Shown here: piece by piece, positions 18,071 through 25,104 of the stretch
Layout: each line of letters starts with the position of its first letter
Position numbering within the stretch: position 1 is the first letter of the stretch
Assembly (NCBI GenBank): GCA_000091165.1
Contig: FP565575.1
Span: 2,280,001 to 2,312,000 of the forward strand
DNA length: 32,000 nt
Reading direction: 5' to 3'
Source of the DNA: Candidatus Methylomirabilis oxygeniifera
GTDB taxonomy: Bacteria; Methylomirabilota; Methylomirabilia; Methylomirabilales; Methylomirabilaceae
Notes under the pieces: generated by a model
What the model saw: the letters and a program-made list of their open reading frames with translations, nothing else
Database searches by the model: none
What the model was told of the DNA's origin: nothing
Made by a program: the position numbers and the translations under genes

Positions 18071-18312
18071 TTTACTACACGCCCACCTATGCCTCGTGGC
18101 TCAATCAGGTGGAGATCTGGTTCAATCTTATCACGCAGCAGGCGATCCGTCGGGGCACCTTTCGCAGCGTGAAGGACCTCATCACGAAGATCAACGCGTT
18201 CGTCGCTCACTATAATCCGACCTCACAACCGTTCGTCTGGACTGCTACGGCTGAGTCGATCCTGCAGAAGATCGAACGACTTTGTAAAGCTATTCGCGGG
18301 ACACGACACTAG
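18067..18312 (+). pseudogene. 3-prime remnant of an IS630-family DDE transposase gene
   Basis: The frame opens right after a TGA at 18064. It reads PLYYTPTYASWLNQVEIWFNLITQQAIRRGTFRSVKDLI..I..FV..YN....PFVWTATAESIL, the conserved C-terminal end of IS630 transposases including the catalytic E. No N-terminal part is present. Confidence 0.75.
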
Positions 18313-19877
18313 TTCTTCATCGACTGATTGCAGTACGGGTGAGTCAAGTCGCAGTTGTCCACTGCACCGTTGCCGCCCTCGCGCCTTCTGCTGACGTGAT
18401 CATACGAAACAGATTTCGCTGGATCCAGGTAACCGCCGCATATCGAGCACTTCACCGTATTCTCAAGTGCTTTCCGAATGAACGTTTCGCTTTTCACGTC
18501 GTCGGAGAACGACTGGGACTCAACGGGTGCACTGCCCACAAACACTTTGCCCGCCAAACCGCTTAGTGTAACGATGTCCTCGTTTGTGATCGGTGCTTCG
18601 CTATCTAACCGGTTAATCAACGCCTCAAGAAAGCCAGCGTACTTCTCGACACGGTGCCTGCTAACGTATCCTTGCAGAATAGCCGCGATAGTGGGTTTGT
18701 ACTCAACCAACGCTTTTTCCAGTCGCGAGCGGCACCCGGAGAGCTTCCGGAAGAAGGTAGGGTCGTTGTTCAGCAACTTCTTCTTGAGCATCAGAGCCGT
18801 CCCCATGAACATCGGCGCTTGATGTTGTCCCGAAGGTCCATAGAAATAGACTGCAGGATGAAGACCGAGACTTCCGTGATCGTTTCCTGTTATGCGGCTC
18901 GCAAGTTCCCATATCTGCTTCAGTGCTTCTGTAGTGCCACTGCCGTCCGCGTCATCAGCCTGATCCGGAACCGTCTTCGGATGCCCCTGCTGATTGCGAC
19001 AGGCGATGAGCACGAAATCTAAGAGAGTCCTGAGCGCAACGCGTACGCCTCTGGCCCCTCCCAGTGGGAGATCGAGCGTCTTGACCGGTGTGTTCAGGTC
19101 CGGCTCAAATATTAGCTGATGGATGATACGTGCTTTGTCTTCAATCAGGGCCGAAGTCTCTGGGGAAAACGCCGACCAATATTTGTGGCCGGTTCCGGCG
19201 CGGATGATCGCACGTGCGGCGATGGAAATGGGTTTGTGTCTCGTCTTGAGCAGTAGTTCTTCAATGTCGTCTAGCGGTGTCCCTTCCGTGTTGATCTTGA
19301 AGAAGGCGGATTCGGCTTTGTCAGCATTACCATTAACCCACTGAATCGAGAGCGCTCGTGATATGACGGCATTAAATTTACGTTTGTCTTCGTTGTCGAG
19401 ACCTGGTTGCGCAAGTGTCGCCTGCACGTGCTTGAAACTGCCAATGGTGTCGTTAACCAGTTTTCGCGTTTTGTCAGCTACCTTCTTCTGAACGGCAGGA
19501 ATATTCCTATCAAAGAACATGAGCGAGATGGGTCCGTCTCCATAGTCATCCTCAACCCAAGCCCGCAAGACACTGAGGCGGTGACCACCGTCGATCACGA
19601 ATATGTTGGTCGGTGATTTCCAGAGAATGACCGATGGGATGAGGTCGCCATTGACAAAACACTCAAGGAGAGAAAGAACTTGCGCGGGAGTCCAGTGGTT
19701 TGTTTCGCGCTGAAAGTCCGGCTTCCGTAAGTTGGGTCCGACAAGTGCACCGGGAGTAAAATCGCGCAACGAAACGGACGGCACCATGTCGTACGTCTGT
19801 TCTGCCTCAGGCTGAGTGGCGAAATCAGCGCGCAGAATCATCGCGTCGAGGTTGACGAGTTGCTTAAGGTTCGACAT
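18309..19877 (-). CDS. ParB/DUF262-like N-terminal domain fused to a C-terminal HNH nuclease motif (GmrSD-like architecture)
   Basis: 522-aa ORF with RBS GGAGGA. The N-terminus has PDFQRE..W, then VIDGGHRLSVL, then FFKINTEGTPLDDIE, a DUF262/ParB-Srx-type motif order. The C-terminus is CSICGG...YDHV...GGNGAVDNCDLTHPYCNQ (HNH). Its stop shares a CTAG with the IS630 remnant stop. Confidence 0.75.
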   Translation of the reverse strand: MSNLKQLVNLDAMILRADFATQPEAEQTYDMVPSVSLRDFTPGALVGPNLRKPDFQRETNHWTPAQVLSLLECFVNGDLIPSVILWKSPTNIFVIDGGHRLSVLRAWVEDDYGDGPISLMFFDRNIPAVQKKVADKTRKLVNDTIGSFKHVQATLAQPGLDNEDKRKFNAVISRALSIQWVNGNADKAESAFFKINTEGTPLDDIEELLLKTRHKPISIAARAIIRAGTGHKYWSAFSPETSALIEDKARIIHQLIFEPDLNTPVKTLDLPLGGARGVRVALRTLLDFVLIACRNQQGHPKTVPDQADDADGSGTTEALKQIWELASRITGNDHGSLGLHPAVYFYGPSGQHQAPMFMGTALMLKKKLLNNDPTFFRKLSGCRSRLEKALVEYKPTIAAILQGYVSRHRVEKYAGFLEALINRLDSEAPITNEDIVTLSGLAGKVFVGSAPVESQSFSDDVKSETFIRKALENTVKCSICGGYLDPAKSVSYDHVSRRREGGNGAVDNCDLTHPYCNQSMKN

Positions 19878-19926
19878 AGAGATCCTCCACTGCGTTACAT
19901 GCGTTCGCTTCCTTCATAAGGGCACA

Positions 19927-20587
19927 ATCGGGATAGGGAGGTGCCTCGCAACCCCTCTCCCCCCACACTACCGTACATACGGATCACGTACCACGGCGGT
20001 TCGGTTGATTACTTCGGCAAGACTGCCGACCGGGGGTTCGGACTCCTCTATCCACCATACACATCGCTCTTTCGAGCAGCTACGTTTCCGCCAGCTTTAT
20101 GCACACTGGACACAGGGCTTACTGACCCTTTCAACCGTTCGGGCCTTCGGCACAAGACGTTGCGGTTCGGCCTATCTGTTTCTCCACCTTTCGGTTCAGG
20201 AGTGCCTCACTCGCCTCGCCTGCCTCTCACCGACTCTGCCCTCTGCTGACTTCTGCACCGCGGTCAGGAAGCCTCTCGACCCCCTCAGTTATTGCGGGAC
20301 GCGTTGCAGACCTCCCGGGGTAAGACACAGAGCGTTCCATGCGTAGACGCCGGATTATAAAGCACGCCCCGTTGCAGATGGAGGACTTCGCGGTCACGTG
20401 CCCGCTCGTCCCGGGTGGTCCCACACCTCCTATCCGGTTCCTGTTCATCGCCCCGCGCGTTTGGATTGGACTTCCTTCAGACCCCACCTCACGGTGACGC
20501 CCTTGCCCTTCTCCTCGCCTTCGGCTCTGCGAGAACCTGGCGCGGGGACTTTCACCTCGCTCGCTCTGTGTCATGCCTGGCACACAC
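19927..20587 (-). mobile_element. ORF-less group II intron-like ribozyme (about 660 nt)
   Basis: The minus-sense RNA starts GUGUG(UG)CC. It contains GGUGAAAGUCC and GAAGUCAGCAGAGG strings typical of intron domain I-III regions. A domain-V-like hairpin is present: GCCGUGGUACG-UGAUC-CGUAUGUACGGU. The domain-VI-like 3-prime end is GGCACCUCCCUAUCCCGAU, with a candidate bulged A 7 nt before a terminal AU. No RT-length ORF is present. Confidence 0.6.
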
Positions 20588-20591
20588 GGTA

Positions 20592-20628
20592 CGCATGTGC
20601 GGTCGGCGTAGCCGGTCCGAATCATGCG
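20592..20628 (-). terminator. Interrupted stem-loop 4 nt after the restriction-gene stop and 4 nt before the intron 5-prime end
   Basis: Minus-sense CGCAUG-AUU-CGG-A-C-CGGC-UAC-GCCG-A-CCG-CA-CAUGCG, about 13 bp in total. There is no U-run. The position matches the stem-loop targets used by class C group II introns. Confidence 0.5.
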
Positions 20629-20632
20629 AATG

Positions 20633-21469
20633 CTAGGCTAGCTGCTTGATCCAGTTCTTAACCAGCACAGGTATTCTGGTGATGACTTCCCGGCCGACGA
20701 GGACTTCATCAACATAGCCCATGTGGAGCATATCGACAATCCGGCAGAGGTACGATTTTCCACAATCCCACCATGTGAACCGAGCATCAATCATAAGGTA
20801 GTGAAGAACGTTAATATTTTCAGCCGCCGCGAGCTCTTCGATCTCCATCCCATCCAACAATGTTTCATAGACACCATCAGCGACACGGCTACCAAAGGTG
20901 GTTGTGTAGTAGTATTCCTTAACTTCCCAAACCGCGACCGGATTGATAACGGAGGGGAAAGCACCATCCATGCGGCGGGCGAATGTTCGGAGAGGGAAGC
21001 CGCCCGCGGCGACTGTGGTCAACGCGCGAGGATCATGATCGCAGGCTTTGCCATCAGCATTCGCCTCAATCAGCATGTTAACCATGCCGGTGAGAAAAGC
21101 GGGAGCTTTCATGGCGCCCTTCTGCTTGTTCATCGGCAAAGGGCAGGTGGGTTTGAATCTACGCTTCAAGCGAGTGAATTCTTGTTTCGCTTGGGCCGCA
21201 TCCATGAGATTGGGCTCGACGTGCTGATGAAGCAAGTCCCGGCGATACGTGAAGTACTCCAACAGGACATCCCATGTGATATTTCCGTCAGGAAGAGCCC
21301 TGGCCAGGGCCTCGGTTTTCAGGCCGAGCGCCTGGAGAGCGGCCACTACCGCCTCCTCAGTCGGTACGGTAATCTGGCCCCTGCTTGCATATCCGCACTC
21401 CTGGCCGATTAGACGAACAAGGGCCCAGAAGTGCTTGGGAAGCTGGATAAACCTCTTGTCAGGCGTCAT
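20633..21469 (-). CDS. Type II restriction endonuclease candidate (PD-(D/E)xK-like)
   Basis: 278-aa ORF overlapping the C gene by 11 nt and divergent from a Dam-class methyltransferase. It has a candidate catalytic block MDGAF-x11-VWEVKEYYYTTTFGSR (D...E-x-K). The family was not confirmed. Confidence 0.6.
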   Translation of the reverse strand: MTPDKRFIQLPKHFWALVRLIGQECGYASRGQITVPTEEAVVAALQALGLKTEALARALPDGNITWDVLLEYFTYRRDLLHQHVEPNLMDAAQAKQEFTRLKRRFKPTCPLPMNKQKGAMKAPAFLTGMVNMLIEANADGKACDHDPRALTTVAAGGFPLRTFARRMDGAFPSVINPVAVWEVKEYYYTTTFGSRVADGVYETLLDGMEIEELAAAENINVLHYLMIDARFTWWDCGKSYLCRIVDMLHMGYVDEVLVGREVITRIPVLVKNWIKQLA

Positions 21470-21704
21470 GATGTGGTAGATAATCCTTAAGAAAAGTCGC
21501 GGGATCTATTCCCAAGGCTCGGCAAACGTCAATGGTTTCAACGAACGATAAGAGTCTTTCACCCGCCTCGTACTTGCTGACGAAAGACTGGGGCTTGCCA
21601 AGGGTTGCCGCCAGGTCGGCCTGTGTCAGTCCGCGATCTTTTCTTTTCTGGCGGAGCAAAGTCCGAAAGTGCTCCTCGTTATTGGCATATCTGTTGTATT
21701 TCAT
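21459..21704 (-). CDS. XRE-family HTH controller (C) protein of the R-M system
   Basis: 81-aa ORF with an HTH (RGLTQADLAATLGKPQSFVSKYEAGERLLS). It lies immediately upstream of, and overlapping, the endonuclease gene, which is the classical C-R arrangement. Confidence 0.75.
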   Translation of the reverse strand: MKYNRYANNEEHFRTLLRQKRKDRGLTQADLAATLGKPQSFVSKYEAGERLLSFVETIDVCRALGIDPATFLKDYLPHHDA

Positions 21705-21711
21705 GTCTCCG

Positions 21712-21741
21712 AGTATAGAAGATGCTTGACAATAATCCCAA
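21712..21741 (-). promoter_or_regulatory. Putative C/R promoter (TTGGGA-18-TATACT) giving a near-leaderless C transcript
   Basis: The reverse complement of 21736..21741 is TTGGGA and of 21712..21717 is TATACT. Only 7 nt separate the -10 box from the ATG at 21704. Confidence 0.4.
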
Positions 21742-22654
21742 ATCAGGATATTGTGACGGTATGAAGGTTAAAGAGGATACCCTTGATCTTTTTTACGGCA
21801 TGGAGTTTCAGCACGTGCCGCCATTCAGGACTCAACTTCTCAAATGGATAGGAAACAAGCAACGCTTTGCCCATAAGATCGCTTCCTACTTCCCCAAGGA
21901 TATCCGCACCTACCGGGAGCCGTTTCTTGGAAGCGGGGCAGTGCTCGCGGCTCTCCAACCCCCCAATGCCGTTGGTTCAGACATCTTCGGCCCACTCATG
22001 GAGATATGGCGATGTCTTCACGAATCCCCCGAGAAACTGACGGATTGGTACCGAACCCGGTACGTTGAATTTACGACGGTAGGAAAAACTGAGGGTTATG
22101 AAGGTATCAAGGCAAGATACAACGCCAACCCAAATGGTCCCGATCTCCTCTTCATTTGCCGGAGCTGTTACGGTGGCGTTGTTCGGTTCAGAAAGAGTGA
22201 CGGGTACATTTCCACGCCTTGTGGCGTCCATGATCCGATCAATCCCAAGTCATTTGCCCAACGCGTCGAGATTTGGAGAAGGAGGACAGCTGGAGCGAAC
22301 TTCCGGCACATGGATTTTGAGGAGGCCATGTCATTGGCCCACGAGAAGGATCTCGTGTATTGCGACCCGCCCTATGTATGCAGTCAGACAATTCTATACC
22401 AAGGACAGGGCTTTTCCTTGGATCGTTTGATGCAGACCATCGCAGACTGCAAGAAACGTGGTGTTAGGGTAGCGTTGAGTATCGATGGGAAGAAGAAGTC
22501 AGGTCGGGTTGACTGCGAACTCAGGATCCCTGATAGCCTCTTTGAGCGCGAGGTATTCCTCGATTGCGGCAGAAGCATGCTGCGACGCTTCCAGAGGGGG
22601 GGTGAATCTCTTGAAGATGAAATCGTCCATGATCGGCTTCTTCTCACCTACTGA
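21722..22654 (+). CDS. Dam-class (D12, alpha-group) N6-adenine DNA methyltransferase
   Basis: It has LKWIGNKQRF, motif I EPFLGSGAV and motif IV YCDPPYV in the alpha order. The in-frame ATG at 21761 is the more likely start if the promoter call at 21726 is right. Confidence 0.9.
   Translation: MLDNNPKSGYCDGMKVKEDTLDLFYGMEFQHVPPFRTQLLKWIGNKQRFAHKIASYFPKDIRTYREPFLGSGAVLAALQPPNAVGSDIFGPLMEIWRCLHESPEKLTDWYRTRYVEFTTVGKTEGYEGIKARYNANPNGPDLLFICRSCYGGVVRFRKSDGYISTPCGVHDPINPKSFAQRVEIWRRRTAGANFRHMDFEEAMSLAHEKDLVYCDPPYVCSQTILYQGQGFSLDRLMQTIADCKKRGVRVALSIDGKKKSGRVDCELRIPDSLFEREVFLDCGRSMLRRFQRGGESLEDEIVHDRLLLTY
21726..21754 (+). promoter_or_regulatory. Putative M promoter (TTGACA-17-TATTGT) overlapped by an imperfect palindrome
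   Basis: TTGACA is at 21726..21731 and TATTGT at 21749..21754. The half-sites ACAATAATCC (21729..21738) and GGATATTGT (21746..21754) are inverted copies with a 1-nt indel. ATG 21761 lies 6 nt after the -10 box. Confidence 0.4.
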
Positions 22655-22783
22655 TTTCATGGCTCAACGCCGCGCGGATGAGCGGCGGAAGCGGAGTCGA
22701 GCGTGCTCGGCGGAGCTGTAGTCTGCTCGATCCGCTGGTTGGCCGTAGCGAAGCGGAGGCAAGGGGCACCGGCTTAGCCCCGC

Positions 22784-22812
22784 GTTCTCCCTGAGCGACG
22801 CGAAGGGAGAAC
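22784..22812. repeat. 9-bp hairpin GTTCTCCCT-N11-AGGGAGAAC
   Basis: Read directly. Confidence 0.8.
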
Positions 22813-22832
22813 GATAAAAATAACCCGCCGGG

Positions 22833-22896
22833 GCAACCAGCCTTAGCAAAAATCAAACCAGGTTTATTTCCGGTCGGGTTGATTTGCTGGTTAGGC
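22833..22896 (+). terminator. Long bulged hairpin followed by a T-run
   Basis: AACCAGC pairs with GCTGGTT and AAATCAA with TTGATTT, separated by a 5-nt bulge. AGTTTTTA follows. It lies about 180 nt after the methyltransferase stop. Confidence 0.35.
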
Positions 22897-22910
22897 AGTT
22901 TTTATGAACT

Positions 22911-22932
22911 ACCCCGCGGCAAGCTGCGGGGT
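22911..22932. repeat. 9-bp hairpin ACCCCGCGG-CAAG-CTGCGGGGT; its 3-prime half recurs at 23051..23069
   Basis: CAAGCTGCGGGGTATCATC (22920..) and CAAGCCGCGGGGAATGAAC (23051..) match at 15/19 positions. Read directly. Confidence 0.75.
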
Positions 22933-22974
22933 ATCATCTTCTGTTCTGGCTCGTCGTTCCGTACTTGACACGGA

Positions 22975-23037
22975 ATCCGGTCGGACTCTCCGGATACCGG
23001 CGCCTGCCCCGGACTCTGATCCGGAGTCCGCCGGTAT
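22975..23037. repeat. Nested inverted repeats with reiterated GGACTC
   Basis: ATCCGG-N9-CCGGAT spans 22975..22995. ATACCGGCG (22994..23002) pairs with CGCCGGTAT (23029..23037). CGGACTC (23010..23016) pairs with GAGTCCG (23024..23030). GGACTC occurs three times in direct orientation. Confidence 0.8.
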
Positions 23038-23122
23038 GACGGACTCACGACAAGCCGCGGGGAATGAACCCTTTATGGATTCAATCATCGGTATTCCGCA
23101 AGAACGAATGGAGTGATGCGCT

Positions 23123-23854
23123 CTACTTCTGTTGTAACTTCATGGCCAACTCGAATTCCCTGTCATAGGGCAAGTGCAGTTGGGAGAGCATTTCGGGAAT
23201 GGCCAACTTCCAGCTCACGTAGTAGAAGGCCAATATGTGATGACCCGAGAATATCTTTTCGGGAATGGCATTGATTTTGTAGCCCTCTTGGTCCGGGCTG
23301 AACCCCTGTGTTCCCAACAATGCGATCTCATATGCGATTTCTTTGATTCTCTCTTTTGGCATATACCTAAAGTAGTTCAGAGCATCGACCATGAACATGA
23401 CCACCGCCATGTTGGTCCCGATTTCCGCTTGAGATTTCTGGAACCTTTCTTCATCCCTCTTCTTATCGATATCCTTTGACTCAACACCATAAGGGCCTTC
23501 TTCTACCGAAGCCAACAGCGTGTCGATATCCGTGTTCTTGCCGCGGTATTCCTTCTCATCGATCAACTCAAAATATTTGTCAAGACCAAGGCGTTCTGCC
23601 CAATCAAGAACCATTTCGTATTCCTGGCCGGGCTTGCGGCTATCCTTATGCTGCAGGAAGTCACCGTAGAAAGCCTTCGCTTTCGATAGCTCTGACGACG
23701 TTGCGTGAAACTCCTGAACAGTGGGAACCCCATAGAGGTCCTTGAACTGCATGGCACCAACAAGATTGTAGATCTTGCTACTCCACAAGACATTTGGCGG
23801 CGCATGTTCAACGATTTCCTTGTTTGTGACCGCATGCAAACCTTCCTTCAGCAA
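23123..23854 (-). CDS. Hypothetical protein; probably the frameshifted C-terminal part of the upstream TPR/HExxH gene
   Basis: This 243-codon frame has only a TTG start and no RBS, and overlaps the upstream ORF by 7 nt. It stays open 15 codons further upstream (IQGTAAIPQFISLSG), so it overlaps the end of the other frame. Confidence 0.5.
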   Translation of the reverse strand: MLKEGLHAVTNKEIVEHAPPNVLWSSKIYNLVGAMQFKDLYGVPTVQEFHATSSELSKAKAFYGDFLQHKDSRKPGQEYEMVLDWAERLGLDKYFELIDEKEYRGKNTDIDTLLASVEEGPYGVESKDIDKKRDEERFQKSQAEIGTNMAVVMFMVDALNYFRYMPKERIKEIAYEIALLGTQGFSPDQEGYKINAIPEKIFSGHHILAFYYVSWKLAIPEMLSQLHLPYDREFELAMKLQQK

Positions 23855-25104
23855 ACCAGATAGGGAGATGAATTGTGGTATGGCCGCAGTTCCTTGAATT
23901 CATGGTAAAGGAAGTCTTCTATGAAAAGGTCTATGGGGGTATTGAAGATCTGCAGATTGATTCCATCAAAAAGAGTCGTACAGAAACCTGAGATGGATTC
24001 TTCGGGCAACCCCCTCTTGCGCAACTTCCTGATGGAATAGTCTATCCCTGTTATGAACTCCGCCTTCTGCTTTTGGGACGTCACAAACAACAGGTTTGCG
24101 TCGGCTCTTCGAGCCTCAATAATGTAGGATAAATGGACAAGCTCATGCATCTGTAAATGAACTATGGCCAGTTTATTCGGATTGTATCGTACAACATGGC
24201 GTGATCTGCCGTAGTTTTCGGCGAGTTCAAACTTTGCGGCAGTTGGAATTGAGGGATCTTCGACCAACTCGATCTTCGTATCACATTGGGATTCGAGTTG
24301 ATGTACATAGTCAGACAGTATTTCGGCTCCACTTCCCGTTTCGACAACTTTCTTTGCTGAGCTGAGCGCGAGTTGCAATGCGTTCTGGAACAGGGCATCC
24401 TTGGGATTCGCGCTCTTCTTCAACGTGGTTATTGCATGGTCAAAGGCGCTAAACGGATCATTCTCGACTTCGGCGACCAATCCAAGCGCATAATAAGTAT
24501 TGGCATAGTTGGCATTTATCTTGAGCGCCTCATGAAAATACTTCTTTGCAGCCTCGGTTTTTCCTTGCCGCATCAGATTCGCGCCTATGTTGTTCATTGC
24601 AATATTGTTTCGCGAATCGACTTTCAGAACTTGGTCGTAGTATTTCATCGCAGTCGCGATGTCGTCCTTATATTTTGCAAAGATGTTTCCCATCATCAGT
24701 AAGGCCCATGCGTTCTTCGGGTCCCATCTTAAAGCGTCAATAAGAGAATCGATGGCACCTTCCTGGTCTCCCTCTTCCGAGAGAATTTGACCGTTAATCC
24801 TATAATATTCAGAGTTCGTCCTATTCTTCGAGATGAGATTTCTCAGGATTGGCTTGACTTCCGCAAATTTCCGTTTTTCAGCTAATGCAACGACTTTTCT
24901 AAAGTCAGATTCTTCGGATAGTATGACTGGCGTGTTGATTTCGACTTTGACCCAGCCGCCCTCAAGCGTAACAATGGGTTTGTAGGGTCCGAACGTATAG
25001 AACTTGGTCATTTCGTCCTTCAGGACTTCAGTGTCGTTCCCTGATTCCTGCGCTTTGGGAAACAACCCGAATAGAAACTCGTCCAATCTGTGCAGGATCT
25101 GCAT
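23848..25104 (-). CDS. TPR-repeat protein with an HExxH motif (putative metallopeptidase-like region)
   Basis: 418-aa ORF. The central part has TPR-like repeats (AWALLMMGNIFAKYKDDIATAMKYYDQVLKVD, NNIGANLMRQGKTEAAKKYFHEALKIN, YYALGLV). HELVH lies in LQMHELVHLSY. The region is visibly AT-richer than its flanks, and no SD is seen. Confidence 0.65.
   Translation of the reverse strand: MQILHRLDEFLFGLFPKAQESGNDTEVLKDEMTKFYTFGPYKPIVTLEGGWVKVEINTPVILSEESDFRKVVALAEKRKFAEVKPILRNLISKNRTNSEYYRINGQILSEEGDQEGAIDSLIDALRWDPKNAWALLMMGNIFAKYKDDIATAMKYYDQVLKVDSRNNIAMNNIGANLMRQGKTEAAKKYFHEALKINANYANTYYALGLVAEVENDPFSAFDHAITTLKKSANPKDALFQNALQLALSSAKKVVETGSGAEILSDYVHQLESQCDTKIELVEDPSIPTAAKFELAENYGRSRHVVRYNPNKLAIVHLQMHELVHLSYIIEARRADANLLFVTSQKQKAEFITGIDYSIRKLRKRGLPEESISGFCTTLFDGINLQIFNTPIDLFIEDFLYHEFKELRPYHNSSPYLVC

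Noticed and set aside
19816-20625. ORFs of 176, 102, 132, 83 and 73 aa across the 19.9-20.6 kb gap
   Set aside because: They have no RBS, mutually overlapping frames on both strands and low-complexity translations. The region is better explained as structured intron-like RNA.
22833-22896. Bulged hairpin considered as an integron attC site (3-prime GTTAGGC fits GTTRRRY)
   Set aside because: The 5-prime partner (GGGCAAC) is poorly complementary to the core. The bulge is 5 nt rather than single extrahelical bases. No intI or attI is present in the window. The idea is kept only as a weak alternative within the structured-region finding.
22904-23116. 70-aa ORF MNYPAASCGVS...RQAAGNEP
   Set aside because: It is composed almost entirely of translated palindromes and direct repeats. 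It has no RBS and lies in the hairpin-dense block between convergent genes.
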